Of a stretch of 64,000 bases of DNA, positions 47,952 through 57,829 are shown one piece after another. Position numbers and translations under genes: made by a program. This stretch comes from an uncultured virus (IMG/VR IMGVR_UViG_3300021963_000089) (taxonomy: Duplodnaviria > Heunggongvirae > Uroviricota > Caudoviricetes). The stretch lies in the IMG/VR virus record IMGVR_UViG_3300021963_000089; one strand, written 5' to 3'. Within the stretch, counting starts at the first letter, position 1, and each line of letters begins with the position of its first letter. The notes beneath the pieces are model-generated. The model worked only from the letters and a program-made list of their open reading frames with translations. It did not search any database and was not told the origin of the DNA.

Positions 47952-50900
47952 TAGTATTAAAAAACACAGATCAACGTATAGACAATGTGGTTCAGGTATC
48001 TGATATTCACATTCGTCTAACAAAGAGGCACGACGAATATACCTCTGTATTCGAACGTTTTTATACTGTCTTGGACAAACTCAAAAAGAACACAAGTTTG
48101 GTTTGTGTTATTACCGGTGACGTTTTCCATAACAAGTCTGACCTCAGTCCAGAGTGTGTTAAAATTGGTAGTGACTTCTTGAAGAATTGTGCGGATAGAG
48201 TTCCTACCATCTTGATTGCTGGTAACCACGATGCTACATTAGCTAATAAGTCACGATTGGATTGTTTGACTCCCATCGTGGAAGCATTGAATCATCCCAA
48301 TTTGTATTATCTAAAGCCCAGTGAGGTGTTTAGATATGAGAACATTTTGTTCAATCATTTCAGTGTATTTGATGAACCAGATAAGTATATCAACTATTAT
48401 ACCATTCCTTCAAGGTATAAGGTGGAAACTGATCATCACATCGCACTATTCCACGGACCTGTGAATGATGCCGTAACAGATGTTGGTTATACTGTCAGCA
48501 ACAGAACCATCATGAATAATTTGTTTGAAGGTCACCACATCGCAATGTTGGGTGATATTCACAAACATCAGATACTTCAAGAATACAACGAGGATGAAAA
48601 TAAGCCAGTGATTGTGTATGCTGGATCAATGATTCAACAAAACCATGGTGAAGAACTCAAGGGTCATGGATTTTTGTTGTGGGATCTAAAGCGTAAGTTG
48701 TTCAAACACTATGAATTGGCGAACGACTATGGTTTTTATACTGTCGAAATCAACAAGGGTAAGTTGGTAACAGATATTAGTGATATTCCCAAGAAGGCTC
48801 GTATCAGAACCAAGTGTTTTGAATCTATTCCTTCACAAGTAAAAGAAGTTATCAATGAAATTAAGGATAAGTGTGAGATTCTTGAATCAACTTTTATTCG
48901 TATTGATGAATTTGATAACAGTTCTACTAAGATCAATCACGTTCTTGATATTCATAACATCTTCAATGTTGATTATCAAAACAAGTTAATTGAAGAAACA
49001 CTGACTTCAAAAAAGACTGACAAGGCCTTGATTGAGAAAGTCAAGAATCTAAATAAGGATATCAACCTTCAAATTCCTAAAGATAAGACTCCAAAGAATA
49101 TTCGATGGAAGCCAAAGACCTTTGAATTTGACAACATGTTTAGTTATGGTGAAGGTAATTATATCGACTTTACCAAACTCAAAGGAACTATTGGTTTGTT
49201 TGCTCCAAATGCTAGTGGTAAATCTAGTATCATGGATGCTTTGGCATTTTGTGTCTTCGATAAGTTCAGTAAGGGATACAAGGCTGGTCACGTTCTTAAT
49301 ACTCAAAAGATGAGCTTCAAGTGTAAGTTTAATTTTGAAGTGAGTGGTGTTGATTATTACATCGAACGTGAAGGTAAGGCTGATAAGAAGGGTAGTGTCA
49401 AGGTGGAGGTCAAATTCTATAAGATTGACAAAGATGGTAACGAAGTGCCTTTGAACGGTGAAGCTCGTAGAAGCACCAATGATATTATCAGAGACTATGT
49501 TGGAACATACGATGACTTTATTTTGACCGTGTTGAGTGTTCAAAACAGTAAGGCTGGATCTTTTATTGATCTTGGTCAGACTGAACGCAAGGACTTGTTG
49601 TGCCAATTCATGGGATTGAATATCTTTGATCAACTTTATAATATTGCTAACGAGAACTTCAAGGAAACTAATACTCTATTGAAGAATATCAGTAAAGATC
49701 AATTGGAATCAGACCTTGTTACCATATCTGGTAGTATCAATACCAACTTGGAAAACATTGCCTCTTTCAATGTTGAGTTGAAGAACTTGGAGTTAAAGAA
49801 AGATGAACATAATAATGAACTGTTACAGTTGAGCAAGAATATTGTTAAACTGGATTCGGTCAAGTATGTTGATATCACTTCTCTTGAAAAAGATAAGATT
49901 GATTATGAGGAAAAAGTCAACAAGTTCACTTTGGATATTTCTGAGAATAAGACCAAGTTGGAAGAGACTGACTCCGAGATTTCACAGTTGAGTTCTTCTC
50001 TAAAGGCGTGTGATAACATTGAGACTACATATCAAGAGTATAAGAATGCAAAGAAACTTGAAGAATCAAAGCAGGCTGAAATTGAACGATTGAAGTATGT
50101 TATCAAGACCAAGGTTGACAAACTCAAGAAGCTTGAAGAACATAAGTATGACCCTAATTGTGAATACTGCGTCAACAACGTGTTCGTAAAAGATGCTATT
50201 GCAACCAAACAAGATCTTGAAAATGAAAAGGTCAACGCAACTACTATCATTGGTGAATACAACACTTTAAAGTCTAAGGTTGAAGAGTTTGGTGATATTG
50301 AGACTAGATACAAAAATTGTCAGAGTCTAAATAATGATAGAGTCAAATTGGAAAAGAAGCGTGGTGTTATCAATACGGCAATACTACGTGATGAAAACTA
50401 TTTGATTACGTTGCAAAACAAGCTGAAGGATATTGTTGATGCAATTGATAGTTTCTATAAGAATAAGGATACTATTGAAAACAATCAGAAGTTGTTGGAT
50501 CAAATTGATGAACACAAGTCTTTTATCAAGGATATTGAAACTCAGATTAAGTTTGTGAATTCAAAATTGTTCACTGCTTCTACCGAAAAGGGTAAGTTGG
50601 AACTTCAATATAAGAATACTACCGATCAATTGAATAAGGTAAAAGAGTTGGAGTCTTCATATGAAGCTTACAAGTTGTATACCGCAATTATTAGTCGTGA
50701 CGGTATTCCATATGATGTTATTTCCAAGACCTTGCCAGAGATTGAGAAAGAAGTTAACAATATTCTTCATCAGATTGTTGAGTTTAGTGTTACTCTACAA
50801 ACTGACGGTAAAAACATCATGACCAACATTGTTTATGATGACAAACGTTGGCCTCTTGAAATGGCTAGTGGTATGGAGAAGTTTGTGAGTGGATTGGCAA

Positions 50901-51139
50901 TCAGAGTTGCTTTGATTAATATTAGTAATCTACCTAGACCCAATATTATTTGTATTGACGAAGGATTTGGATGTGCTGATAGTGATCATTTGGGACAGAT
51001 GGGTGCTCTATTTACATATTTGAAACACCAGTTTGAGTTTATTTGGATTATCAGCCATCTTGATCAAATGAGAGACATGGTTGATCAACAACTAGAGATC
51101 AAAAAAGAAAATGGGTATAGCAAGATCGATTTTCGGTGA
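47948..51139 (+). CDS. Fused Mre11/SbcD nuclease - Rad50/SbcC ATPase (T4 gp47-gp46-like)
   Basis: SDIH, GD, GNHD, GDIH phosphoesterase motifs; NASGKS Walker A; coiled coil with CEYC hook; ASGME; IDEGFG; ISH. Confidence 0.9.
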   Translation: MIVLKNTDQRIDNVVQVSDIHIRLTKRHDEYTSVFERFYTVLDKLKKNTSLVCVITGDVFHNKSDLSPECVKIGSDFLKNCADRVPTILIAGNHDATLANKSRLDCLTPIVEALNHPNLYYLKPSEVFRYENILFNHFSVFDEPDKYINYYTIPSRYKVETDHHIALFHGPVNDAVTDVGYTVSNRTIMNNLFEGHHIAMLGDIHKHQILQEYNEDENKPVIVYAGSMIQQNHGEELKGHGFLLWDLKRKLFKHYELANDYGFYTVEINKGKLVTDISDIPKKARIRTKCFESIPSQVKEVINEIKDKCEILESTFIRIDEFDNSSTKINHVLDIHNIFNVDYQNKLIEETLTSKKTDKALIEKVKNLNKDINLQIPKDKTPKNIRWKPKTFEFDNMFSYGEGNYIDFTKLKGTIGLFAPNASGKSSIMDALAFCVFDKFSKGYKAGHVLNTQKMSFKCKFNFEVSGVDYYIEREGKADKKGSVKVEVKFYKIDKDGNEVPLNGEARRSTNDIIRDYVGTYDDFILTVLSVQNSKAGSFIDLGQTERKDLLCQFMGLNIFDQLYNIANENFKETNTLLKNISKDQLESDLVTISGSINTNLENIASFNVELKNLELKKDEHNNELLQLSKNIVKLDSVKYVDITSLEKDKIDYEEKVNKFTLDISENKTKLEETDSEISQLSSSLKACDNIETTYQEYKNAKKLEESKQAEIERLKYVIKTKVDKLKKLEEHKYDPNCEYCVNNVFVKDAIATKQDLENEKVNATTIIGEYNTLKSKVEEFGDIETRYKNCQSLNNDRVKLEKKRGVINTAILRDENYLITLQNKLKDIVDAIDSFYKNKDTIENNQKLLDQIDEHKSFIKDIETQIKFVNSKLFTASTEKGKLELQYKNTTDQLNKVKELESSYEAYKLYTAIISRDGIPYDVISKTLPEIEKEVNNILHQIVEFSVTLQTDGKNIMTNIVYDDKRWPLEMASGMEKFVSGLAIRVALINISNLPRPNIICIDEGFGCADSDHLGQMGALFTYLKHQFEFIWIISHLDQMRDMVDQQLEIKKENGYSKIDFR

Positions 51140-51252
51140 AAAAAAGTTAAAGATGATATAAATAGTTAGGTGTTCCACTTTTCTGGCAATATTTATAAAG
51201 TAAACATAACTTTTGGAAAAGTTAAGTTGACACTCTGAAAGGAACATAAATT

Positions 51253-54200
51253 ATGCCAATTCAAGAAGGTGGACGCTGGAGTCCAACACAACAAATAGTA
51301 AGTCCTGGTGTATTCACCAGAGAAAATGACTTATCGGGGCTAGCCCAAGGCGTAGCCAACATCGGTGGTGCAATCGTGGCTCCGTTTGCTGACGGACCTG
51401 CGTTTTACCCAAATATTATAACTGACGTAGCAACACTAGAACAACGCTTCGGTATTGCTGACGGTGTATACTACGGTCCCTACACTGCAAAAGAATATCT
51501 CATTCAACAAGGCGTTGTAACTATCGTCCGTGTTGGTGGATTGACTGGTTACTGGCAAAAGAACCCATTGGTGGTTTATGCTGAACCAGGTCAATGGTTG
51601 AGAACATCAGACATTGGTGCTTTGACCACTGCTTCGTTCATGTATTTGAACAGTGATGACTATACTGCGAACATTCAATATGTTCACAGCGCATCATCGT
51701 GGGAAATTCAACCAAACGCTCTAACTAGAACAAACCCTCTCGCAGGTATCTGGATCACAGGTTCTAACACTACAAATCAAGAAATTGCTGATTTCGTTGG
51801 TGCAAATTCAAGTTTGCCAGACATCAACAGTTTGTCTGCTTCTCTTGTAGTATTGAAAGATGCTTATCAATTGGTAAGTTTGACCACATACAATGCTGAT
51901 TCAGCATTTAGTGCTTCGATTGTTGATAACGGACTAAAGGTAACTCCTTCAGGTGGTGGTTCTGACTATGCTTTGGCATGGTTTGATGTCACACAATGGG
52001 CACCAAGTGGATATATTTTCAAGTCTGGTTCTGGTGCATTTGCCTCTATTTTGATAGATAGTGGTATTACGGGCAACGTTGTAGCCGGATTCCCAGCTGG
52101 ATCTGGATCTTATTTGACCGCTTCGGTAACTAAGATCAATAATCAACAAGTCAAGTTCCCATTCGTAGTATTGGATACAAGTGTTGGTGCAAATGCAAAG
52201 TTGTGTTCTCACAGAGAAACTGGTGCGAACACCGCATTCTCGCCACATCTTTATTCAACATTTGATTGTTCATACTTGACAATTAGTGGTAGTATCAATG
52301 CAAGATTTGGTAGTGCCGCATTGACCAGTGGTTTCCCAGCCAACTATGATGGAACTGGTAACTTGAGTGGTAGTAAGTTGTATGCTGGTAAACAAGTAAG
52401 TCTTGGAACAGTAGAAACTGCACAACTCAGCAGATACTTCGATGATGGTGGCAACTTAGCACCTTCGGGATCTGTTGGTTTGTATTTCTTCTTGAGTTCT
52501 AGTGCTCAAGGAAGTAGCACAGCTACACCACAAACACAAATTGCTCGATCAATTCAAGAAAGCACTGAAGTTTCCTTCTTGTTGACTTCAAGCTTGTTGA
52601 ACATTGGTGGTGATACAACCGATATTACATTGGCATATGATCAAGATACATTTGATGCTACAAGCACATTGTATGTCAAGAGTGGTAGTTTTGCCACTGT
52701 TCGTAGTGCCGCAACTTGCGGTGCTGCATTGAGATTCTTGGGTCTTGTGAGTGGTTCTTATGGAGCATTTACAGGAAACTTCCAAGCTGATGGTTCGGGT
52801 GGATCTGATCCATGTAATCCATCTACTACTGGTCGTTCTTCAGTTGTGTTAGCAGTTTTGGCAAATACCCAAAATGCTTCGACACAATTCAGTAGCGACT
52901 ATGAAGTATACGGATTCGATACTTCTGCTGTAAGTCAATTGACCAGTTCAATATATCCATATCAAGGTATTGTAAATCCAAACGACAACGTTTATCAACT
53001 TATCTTGAGATACAACTGGACTGATACTGATGGTAACGTTTCTGACGGAACCTATGGTTACTATGACTTCAGTTTGAATGAAGACGACAACAACTACATC
53101 AAGGACGTTTTCGGAATTGATCCAACTGTTGGTAATCCTTCTAAACAAATTGCTGGTCAAAAGATTGAGGCTGCTTATAACTACATCCTCTTCGAAGACA
53201 CCATCAAGAAGTTCGTTGCTGAAAAGACCCGTCCAAATGCTGAGGGTGGTGGTTGGAGATTGCAAGTAGCAACTGCTCCATCTGCTTCGTTCAGTGTTGG
53301 TGAGTCTATGAAGTTCTTGGATCAATACTCACTAGATCCTAACAGTGGTGATTCACAATTTGCTATCACAAATGCTAAGACACCATGGATCTACAGTCAA
53401 CAAATTGCTCCATTCAAGGGAAGCGCTGATGAAGTTGCTGTTCCTACCAAGTTCAAGTTGTTCAAGGTTCACACTCTCAGTGACGGTAGTTTGAGCAACA
53501 AGAAGTATAAGATCGAAATTAGCAACGTTAAGTTGGCTGGAACTGTTCCAGGCAGCAACTGGGGTTCATTCACTCTTGCTGTTCGTGCTTACAGTGACAC
53601 CGACAAGCGTCCTAAGTATCTCGAAATCTTCCAAAACTTGAACCTTGATCCAGACAGTGCAAACTTTGTTGCACGTCGTATTGGTGATCGTTATGCTTAC
53701 ATTACGAACACCAGTAAGATCGTAGAATACGGAACTTACGTAAACTTGAGTAAGTATGTTCGTATCGAAATGACTGATGTGGCATACCCACAATCGGTTG
53801 TTCCATACGGTTTCGAATCATATTCAACTCCAGTAGACGGAACTCTTGGTAACTTGTTGCCAGCAGTTCGTTACAGTAAGGCATCTATCTATGGTCTAGG
53901 ACCTGGTAAGTATCCATCGGGAACAGTGTTCGGTGAAGTTCCAGAAAGTGGAGCTGAAATCGCTGCTCTATATCCTACCGCTTCGTTTGGAGTTGGTATT
54001 GAGAACGATACAAAGCAATGGTTCAAGCCACTTCCATACTACGGTGGCGCAGATCAAAACGGTGAAAACATCGACTTTGATCTTGAAGCCAAAGTATGGG
54101 GAACAGCTGACTGTTCATACTATGCTCAAGGTGTAGCAGCAAGCACAGGCTCGTTGCTCGCTCCAAGTTTGAGTGGTAGTATTCCTTCAGTATACGATCC

Positions 54201-55224
54201 AGTCAACGAATCTACTTATGTAAGACTTCGTAAGTTCGTGATTGGATTCCAAGGTGGATTTGATGGTCAATGGCCAGCAATTCCAATCAACGTTGGATCT
54301 GACATCACTGCTGGTAATACCCAAGGTTTGGATTGCACAAACATTACAAGCCCAGGTAGTATCGCATACAAGCAATGTATCACTGCTCTCGGTAACGCCG
54401 ATGAGTTTGATATCAACTTGATCGTGTTGCCAGGTATCTTCCGTGAACAACACAGCTATGTCACCGAGATCACCATTGATATGTGTGAAGCTCGTGGAGA
54501 TTGTTTCTACATCATGGATAACGTGGTGTTCCCAGCAAGTAACCAAAGCGTAGGTTTGATCAATGCAGCAATTAATACTGTTGCTACAATTGATAGTAAC
54601 TATGTTGGAACTTACTATCCATGGGTCAAGATTTTGGATACAAACTTGAATAAGATTATCAGTGTTCCTCCTTCAGTAGTGTTGCCAGCAGTTTATGCTG
54701 CTAACGACAATGCTGCTGCAGAATGGTATGCTCCAGCCGGTCTAAATCGTGGTGGTATCCCACAAGCTGTTCAAGTCCTAGACAGATTGACACATGCTGA
54801 ACGTGACACTCTATATGAGAATCGTGTGAACCCAATCGCAGCATTCCCAGGTCAAGGTATCGTAGTTTGGGGTCAAAAGACTCTACAAATTGCTCCAAGT
54901 GCCTTGGATCGTATCAATGTTCGTCGTTTGTTGATCAACTTGAAGAAGTTTATCGCAAGTTCAAGCAACTACTTGGTATTTGAACAAAATGTTGCTTCAA
55001 CTCGTAACCGTTTCTTGAGTATCGTCAATCCATACTTGGAGAGTGTTCAACAACGTAACGGTATCTATGCTTACCAAGTTAAGATGGATGCTGAAAACAA
55101 CACTCCTGACTTGATTGATCGCAATATTCTTTACGGTCAAATCTTCATTCAACCAACCAGAACTGCTGAATTCATATTGCTTGACTTCAACATTCTGCCA
55201 ACTGGTGCTACTTTCGGTGAATAA
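51253..55224 (+). CDS. Tail sheath protein (gp18-like) with large insertions
   Basis: SPGVFTRE, YYPWV, WYAPAG, VNPI, WGQKT, RINVRRL, FEQN. Confidence 0.95.
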   Translation: MPIQEGGRWSPTQQIVSPGVFTRENDLSGLAQGVANIGGAIVAPFADGPAFYPNIITDVATLEQRFGIADGVYYGPYTAKEYLIQQGVVTIVRVGGLTGYWQKNPLVVYAEPGQWLRTSDIGALTTASFMYLNSDDYTANIQYVHSASSWEIQPNALTRTNPLAGIWITGSNTTNQEIADFVGANSSLPDINSLSASLVVLKDAYQLVSLTTYNADSAFSASIVDNGLKVTPSGGGSDYALAWFDVTQWAPSGYIFKSGSGAFASILIDSGITGNVVAGFPAGSGSYLTASVTKINNQQVKFPFVVLDTSVGANAKLCSHRETGANTAFSPHLYSTFDCSYLTISGSINARFGSAALTSGFPANYDGTGNLSGSKLYAGKQVSLGTVETAQLSRYFDDGGNLAPSGSVGLYFFLSSSAQGSSTATPQTQIARSIQESTEVSFLLTSSLLNIGGDTTDITLAYDQDTFDATSTLYVKSGSFATVRSAATCGAALRFLGLVSGSYGAFTGNFQADGSGGSDPCNPSTTGRSSVVLAVLANTQNASTQFSSDYEVYGFDTSAVSQLTSSIYPYQGIVNPNDNVYQLILRYNWTDTDGNVSDGTYGYYDFSLNEDDNNYIKDVFGIDPTVGNPSKQIAGQKIEAAYNYILFEDTIKKFVAEKTRPNAEGGGWRLQVATAPSASFSVGESMKFLDQYSLDPNSGDSQFAITNAKTPWIYSQQIAPFKGSADEVAVPTKFKLFKVHTLSDGSLSNKKYKIEISNVKLAGTVPGSNWGSFTLAVRAYSDTDKRPKYLEIFQNLNLDPDSANFVARRIGDRYAYITNTSKIVEYGTYVNLSKYVRIEMTDVAYPQSVVPYGFESYSTPVDGTLGNLLPAVRYSKASIYGLGPGKYPSGTVFGEVPESGAEIAALYPTASFGVGIENDTKQWFKPLPYYGGADQNGENIDFDLEAKVWGTADCSYYAQGVAASTGSLLAPSLSGSIPSVYDPVNESTYVRLRKFVIGFQGGFDGQWPAIPINVGSDITAGNTQGLDCTNITSPGSIAYKQCITALGNADEFDINLIVLPGIFREQHSYVTEITIDMCEARGDCFYIMDNVVFPASNQSVGLINAAINTVATIDSNYVGTYYPWVKILDTNLNKIISVPPSVVLPAVYAANDNAAAEWYAPAGLNRGGIPQAVQVLDRLTHAERDTLYENRVNPIAAFPGQGIVVWGQKTLQIAPSALDRINVRRLLINLKKFIASSSNYLVFEQNVASTRNRFLSIVNPYLESVQQRNGIYAYQVKMDAENNTPDLIDRNILYGQIFIQPTRTAEFILLDFNILPTGATFGE

Positions 55225-55243
55225 CCTAGAGTAAACTAAATCA

Positions 55244-55278
55244 AGACCCCGGCCCTAAAAAGCCGGGGTTTTTTGTTT
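55244..55278 (+). terminator. Rho-independent terminator
   Basis: accccggc-cctaaaaa-gccggggt followed by a T run. Confidence 0.8.
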
Positions 55279-55344
55279 ATTTGAACAGACTAGATTGATA
55301 AATTAATATAGATATTTTTTGAGAACACCACATATTTATATGCG

Positions 55345-56127
55345 ATGATTAGTCTATCAGACCTTCTAACAGAGGCTAAATTGCCAGCAAGTGAACAAGA
55401 CATGGACTTGTATGCTAAAAAATACAAGAAGACCATGGATTATTTGCGTAGTAAAAACAAAGTGTTACTATTGACTACAAGTAATCGTTGGTCTCAACAT
55501 AAAGACGATGTTCCAAAAAGCAGTCAGTTAGCCATTAAAATTCAAGAGTTGCTTGGCAAAGAAAAAGTAACATTGATTGACACAACAAAACTACACATCG
55601 TTCCATGTGAAGGTAATGTGAGTAGCAACAAAGAGTTTGGTGGCAACCATTGTGGAACGATTGGTGCTTTATTGAAAAACAAAGAACAAAATCCAAGTGG
55701 TCATCATCGTTGTTGGGCTAGTGTAAATGAGAAGGGTGACGAACTTTGGAAGATCAGTAAGGAGTTGTTTGAGAGTGATTGTGTATTATTTTTTGCAAGT
55801 GTTAGATGGGGTCAAGCCAACGGTTATTATCAAAAGTTGATTGAACGTTTGACTTGGATTGAAAATAGACACTCGACTTTGGGTGAATCCAATCTAGTTA
55901 AAGATATTGATGCTGGATTTATTGCTGTTGGTCAGAACTGGAACGGTAAACACGTTGTTCAAACACAAAAGAGTGTTCTTGAATTTTTTGGATTCAAGAC
56001 ACCGGACCAATTGTTTTGGAATTGGCAATTTACAGATGATGCCCTTGATGAAACCAAACGTTCATACTTAAAAGGCGTATCTACATTCGAAAAAACATTT
56101 ATTAAACCATATGATAAAGCTGAGTAA
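55345..56127 (+). CDS. Flavodoxin-like / NADPH-dependent FMN reductase family protein
   Basis: LTTSNR...S, IVPCEG, SDCVLFFASVRWG, KLIERL; N-terminal SLSDLLTE leader. Confidence 0.7.
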   Translation: MISLSDLLTEAKLPASEQDMDLYAKKYKKTMDYLRSKNKVLLLTTSNRWSQHKDDVPKSSQLAIKIQELLGKEKVTLIDTTKLHIVPCEGNVSSNKEFGGNHCGTIGALLKNKEQNPSGHHRCWASVNEKGDELWKISKELFESDCVLFFASVRWGQANGYYQKLIERLTWIENRHSTLGESNLVKDIDAGFIAVGQNWNGKHVVQTQKSVLEFFGFKTPDQLFWNWQFTDDALDETKRSYLKGVSTFEKTFIKPYDKAE

Positions 56128-57163
56128 TATTTTGTCGGAAGTTCTTAGAGAAGGTGGTGCTGGTGGTCACATGGAACATCCATTTGACTTTGCATCCAAC
56201 GGAAAACAACTAGTTGACATCTTTCAGAAGTCCATTAACTCTTTGGAAAAGGGAACTGGTAGTGTAAAGATTGACGGTGTTAATGCAAGTATTCGTTTGG
56301 TTAATGGAGAATTTGTGATGGACCGTGGTAGTGCAAAACCATTAGACATCAAGGGAATGCGTCCACAAGATCTATCTGCTAGATTTTTACCAAATCCAGA
56401 AACAGGTGCTGAACATGGATTCATCAAGATTGGTTCTACTGTAATTCAAATTTTTGATGATGCAATTCCATCAACAACAAACGAGTTGAAGGCTCTTGGT
56501 TTGTTGAACAATCCAAACATTTTATTGAACGTTGAATATGTTGAGGGACAAACAAATGTTTTGGGTTACGAAGACATCGGTAACTTCTTGGCAATTCACG
56601 GTTTGAAAGAAATCAAACCCAAGACGTTTGGTAAGGATGGTAGTGTCAAATCCAGAGTAGCTACTGAAATTCCTTATGATAAGACAGTCATGCAATCATA
56701 TATCAATAAGTTGAATGTGTTTGCTAAGAAACGTGGATTTAAGGTATTGGGTAGTGTTGACACCAAGTTTAAGACCAAGCCAAACCTCTCCAAACCACTC
56801 GGTGAAAAGGTTACTTTGTATCCACAAGGTAATCCAGTCACAAAGAGTTTGAAGGATTGGTTAAAAGATGTAAATATTCAAACACCATTGATTACCCGTG
56901 AACAGTTCCAAAAGGCTGTTGCTAGTAAGAATATTGCCATGGATTTTGAGGGACAAGATATAGATAAAGTTGTCAATGATACAGTTGTATATTTGGCAAC
57001 GATCAAGCTTGGTGATGAAATATTAAAGAATGCTACTAGTGAAATTGGTGATCTTGAAAAACACGAAGGAATCGTGGTCAGAGATCCTAGTATTCACAGT
57101 AGTCCATTTAAAATAACTGGTAGTTTCATTATTAAGGGACTACAAAGTGGTTTTGGGAAATAA
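56111..57163 (+). CDS. Putative ATP-dependent ligase-like nucleotidyltransferase
   Basis: VKIDG (motif I), NVEYV, HEGIVVR (motif IV), FKI (motif V); N-terminal KLSNILSEVLRE leader. Confidence 0.5.
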   Translation: MIKLSNILSEVLREGGAGGHMEHPFDFASNGKQLVDIFQKSINSLEKGTGSVKIDGVNASIRLVNGEFVMDRGSAKPLDIKGMRPQDLSARFLPNPETGAEHGFIKIGSTVIQIFDDAIPSTTNELKALGLLNNPNILLNVEYVEGQTNVLGYEDIGNFLAIHGLKEIKPKTFGKDGSVKSRVATEIPYDKTVMQSYINKLNVFAKKRGFKVLGSVDTKFKTKPNLSKPLGEKVTLYPQGNPVTKSLKDWLKDVNIQTPLITREQFQKAVASKNIAMDFEGQDIDKVVNDTVVYLATIKLGDEILKNATSEIGDLEKHEGIVVRDPSIHSSPFKITGSFIIKGLQSGFGK

Positions 57164-57181
57164 AATAAATAAATATTGGTT

Positions 57182-57829
57182 ATGAAAAGAGCACAAGGCA
57201 AAAGCAATCTGGAGATTGTAAAAGATTATCTGGACGGAAATCGACCATTTATACAAGTTGGTTACACCGAAGACATAAATAACGCCACACGTAAAGAAGG
57301 TGAAGAGTGGGAGGATGGTCAAGGTCGTAAATGGGTTTGGAAGAATGGTAGCAAACGTCGAGTTCCAAAGAAGGTTATAATCGACAACAAACAAATTTGT
57401 AAGCAATGTAGTGCCGACGTTCGTTGGGGTAACTATTTGGATTCACAAGTTTGGCCCAAGACACATTTGTGTTATGACTGTTTCACTAACAATGAAACTA
57501 AGATGAAGATGGATGGAACTTGGGAATACTTTGACAAGATCCGTGACTTTAAGAATGAGAAAGCAATTTTGTCTGAATACAAAAAGAAGTTTGATGAAAC
57601 TCTCAAGTGGTGTGAAGAAAAAGAGGGTAAACCTCTTGAGTTTATCAACGAAGATGGTTCTATAGAAAAGTGGGAGGGTGAGACCGGTCTTGATAAGATC
57701 AAACAAGATGTTTTGAAGGATCTTGAGTATGTAAATGCTAGATTGTCAGAAATCGACACGTTTATTGACAATTTAGAAAAAGAATATGAGTCAGCAAAAT
57801 CTAAGAGAAATAATAAAGCAGGAGTATAA
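57182..57829 (+). CDS. Hypothetical Zn-binding protein upstream of terminase
   Basis: CKQC...CYDC; overlaps the terminase start. Confidence 0.65.
   Translation: MKRAQGKSNLEIVKDYLDGNRPFIQVGYTEDINNATRKEGEEWEDGQGRKWVWKNGSKRRVPKKVIIDNKQICKQCSADVRWGNYLDSQVWPKTHLCYDCFTNNETKMKMDGTWEYFDKIRDFKNEKAILSEYKKKFDETLKWCEEKEGKPLEFINEDGSIEKWEGETGLDKIKQDVLKDLEYVNARLSEIDTFIDNLEKEYESAKSKRNNKAGV

Noticed and set aside
57182..57829. Small terminase subunit
   Set aside because: The position fits but no recognisable motif was seen; left as hypothetical.
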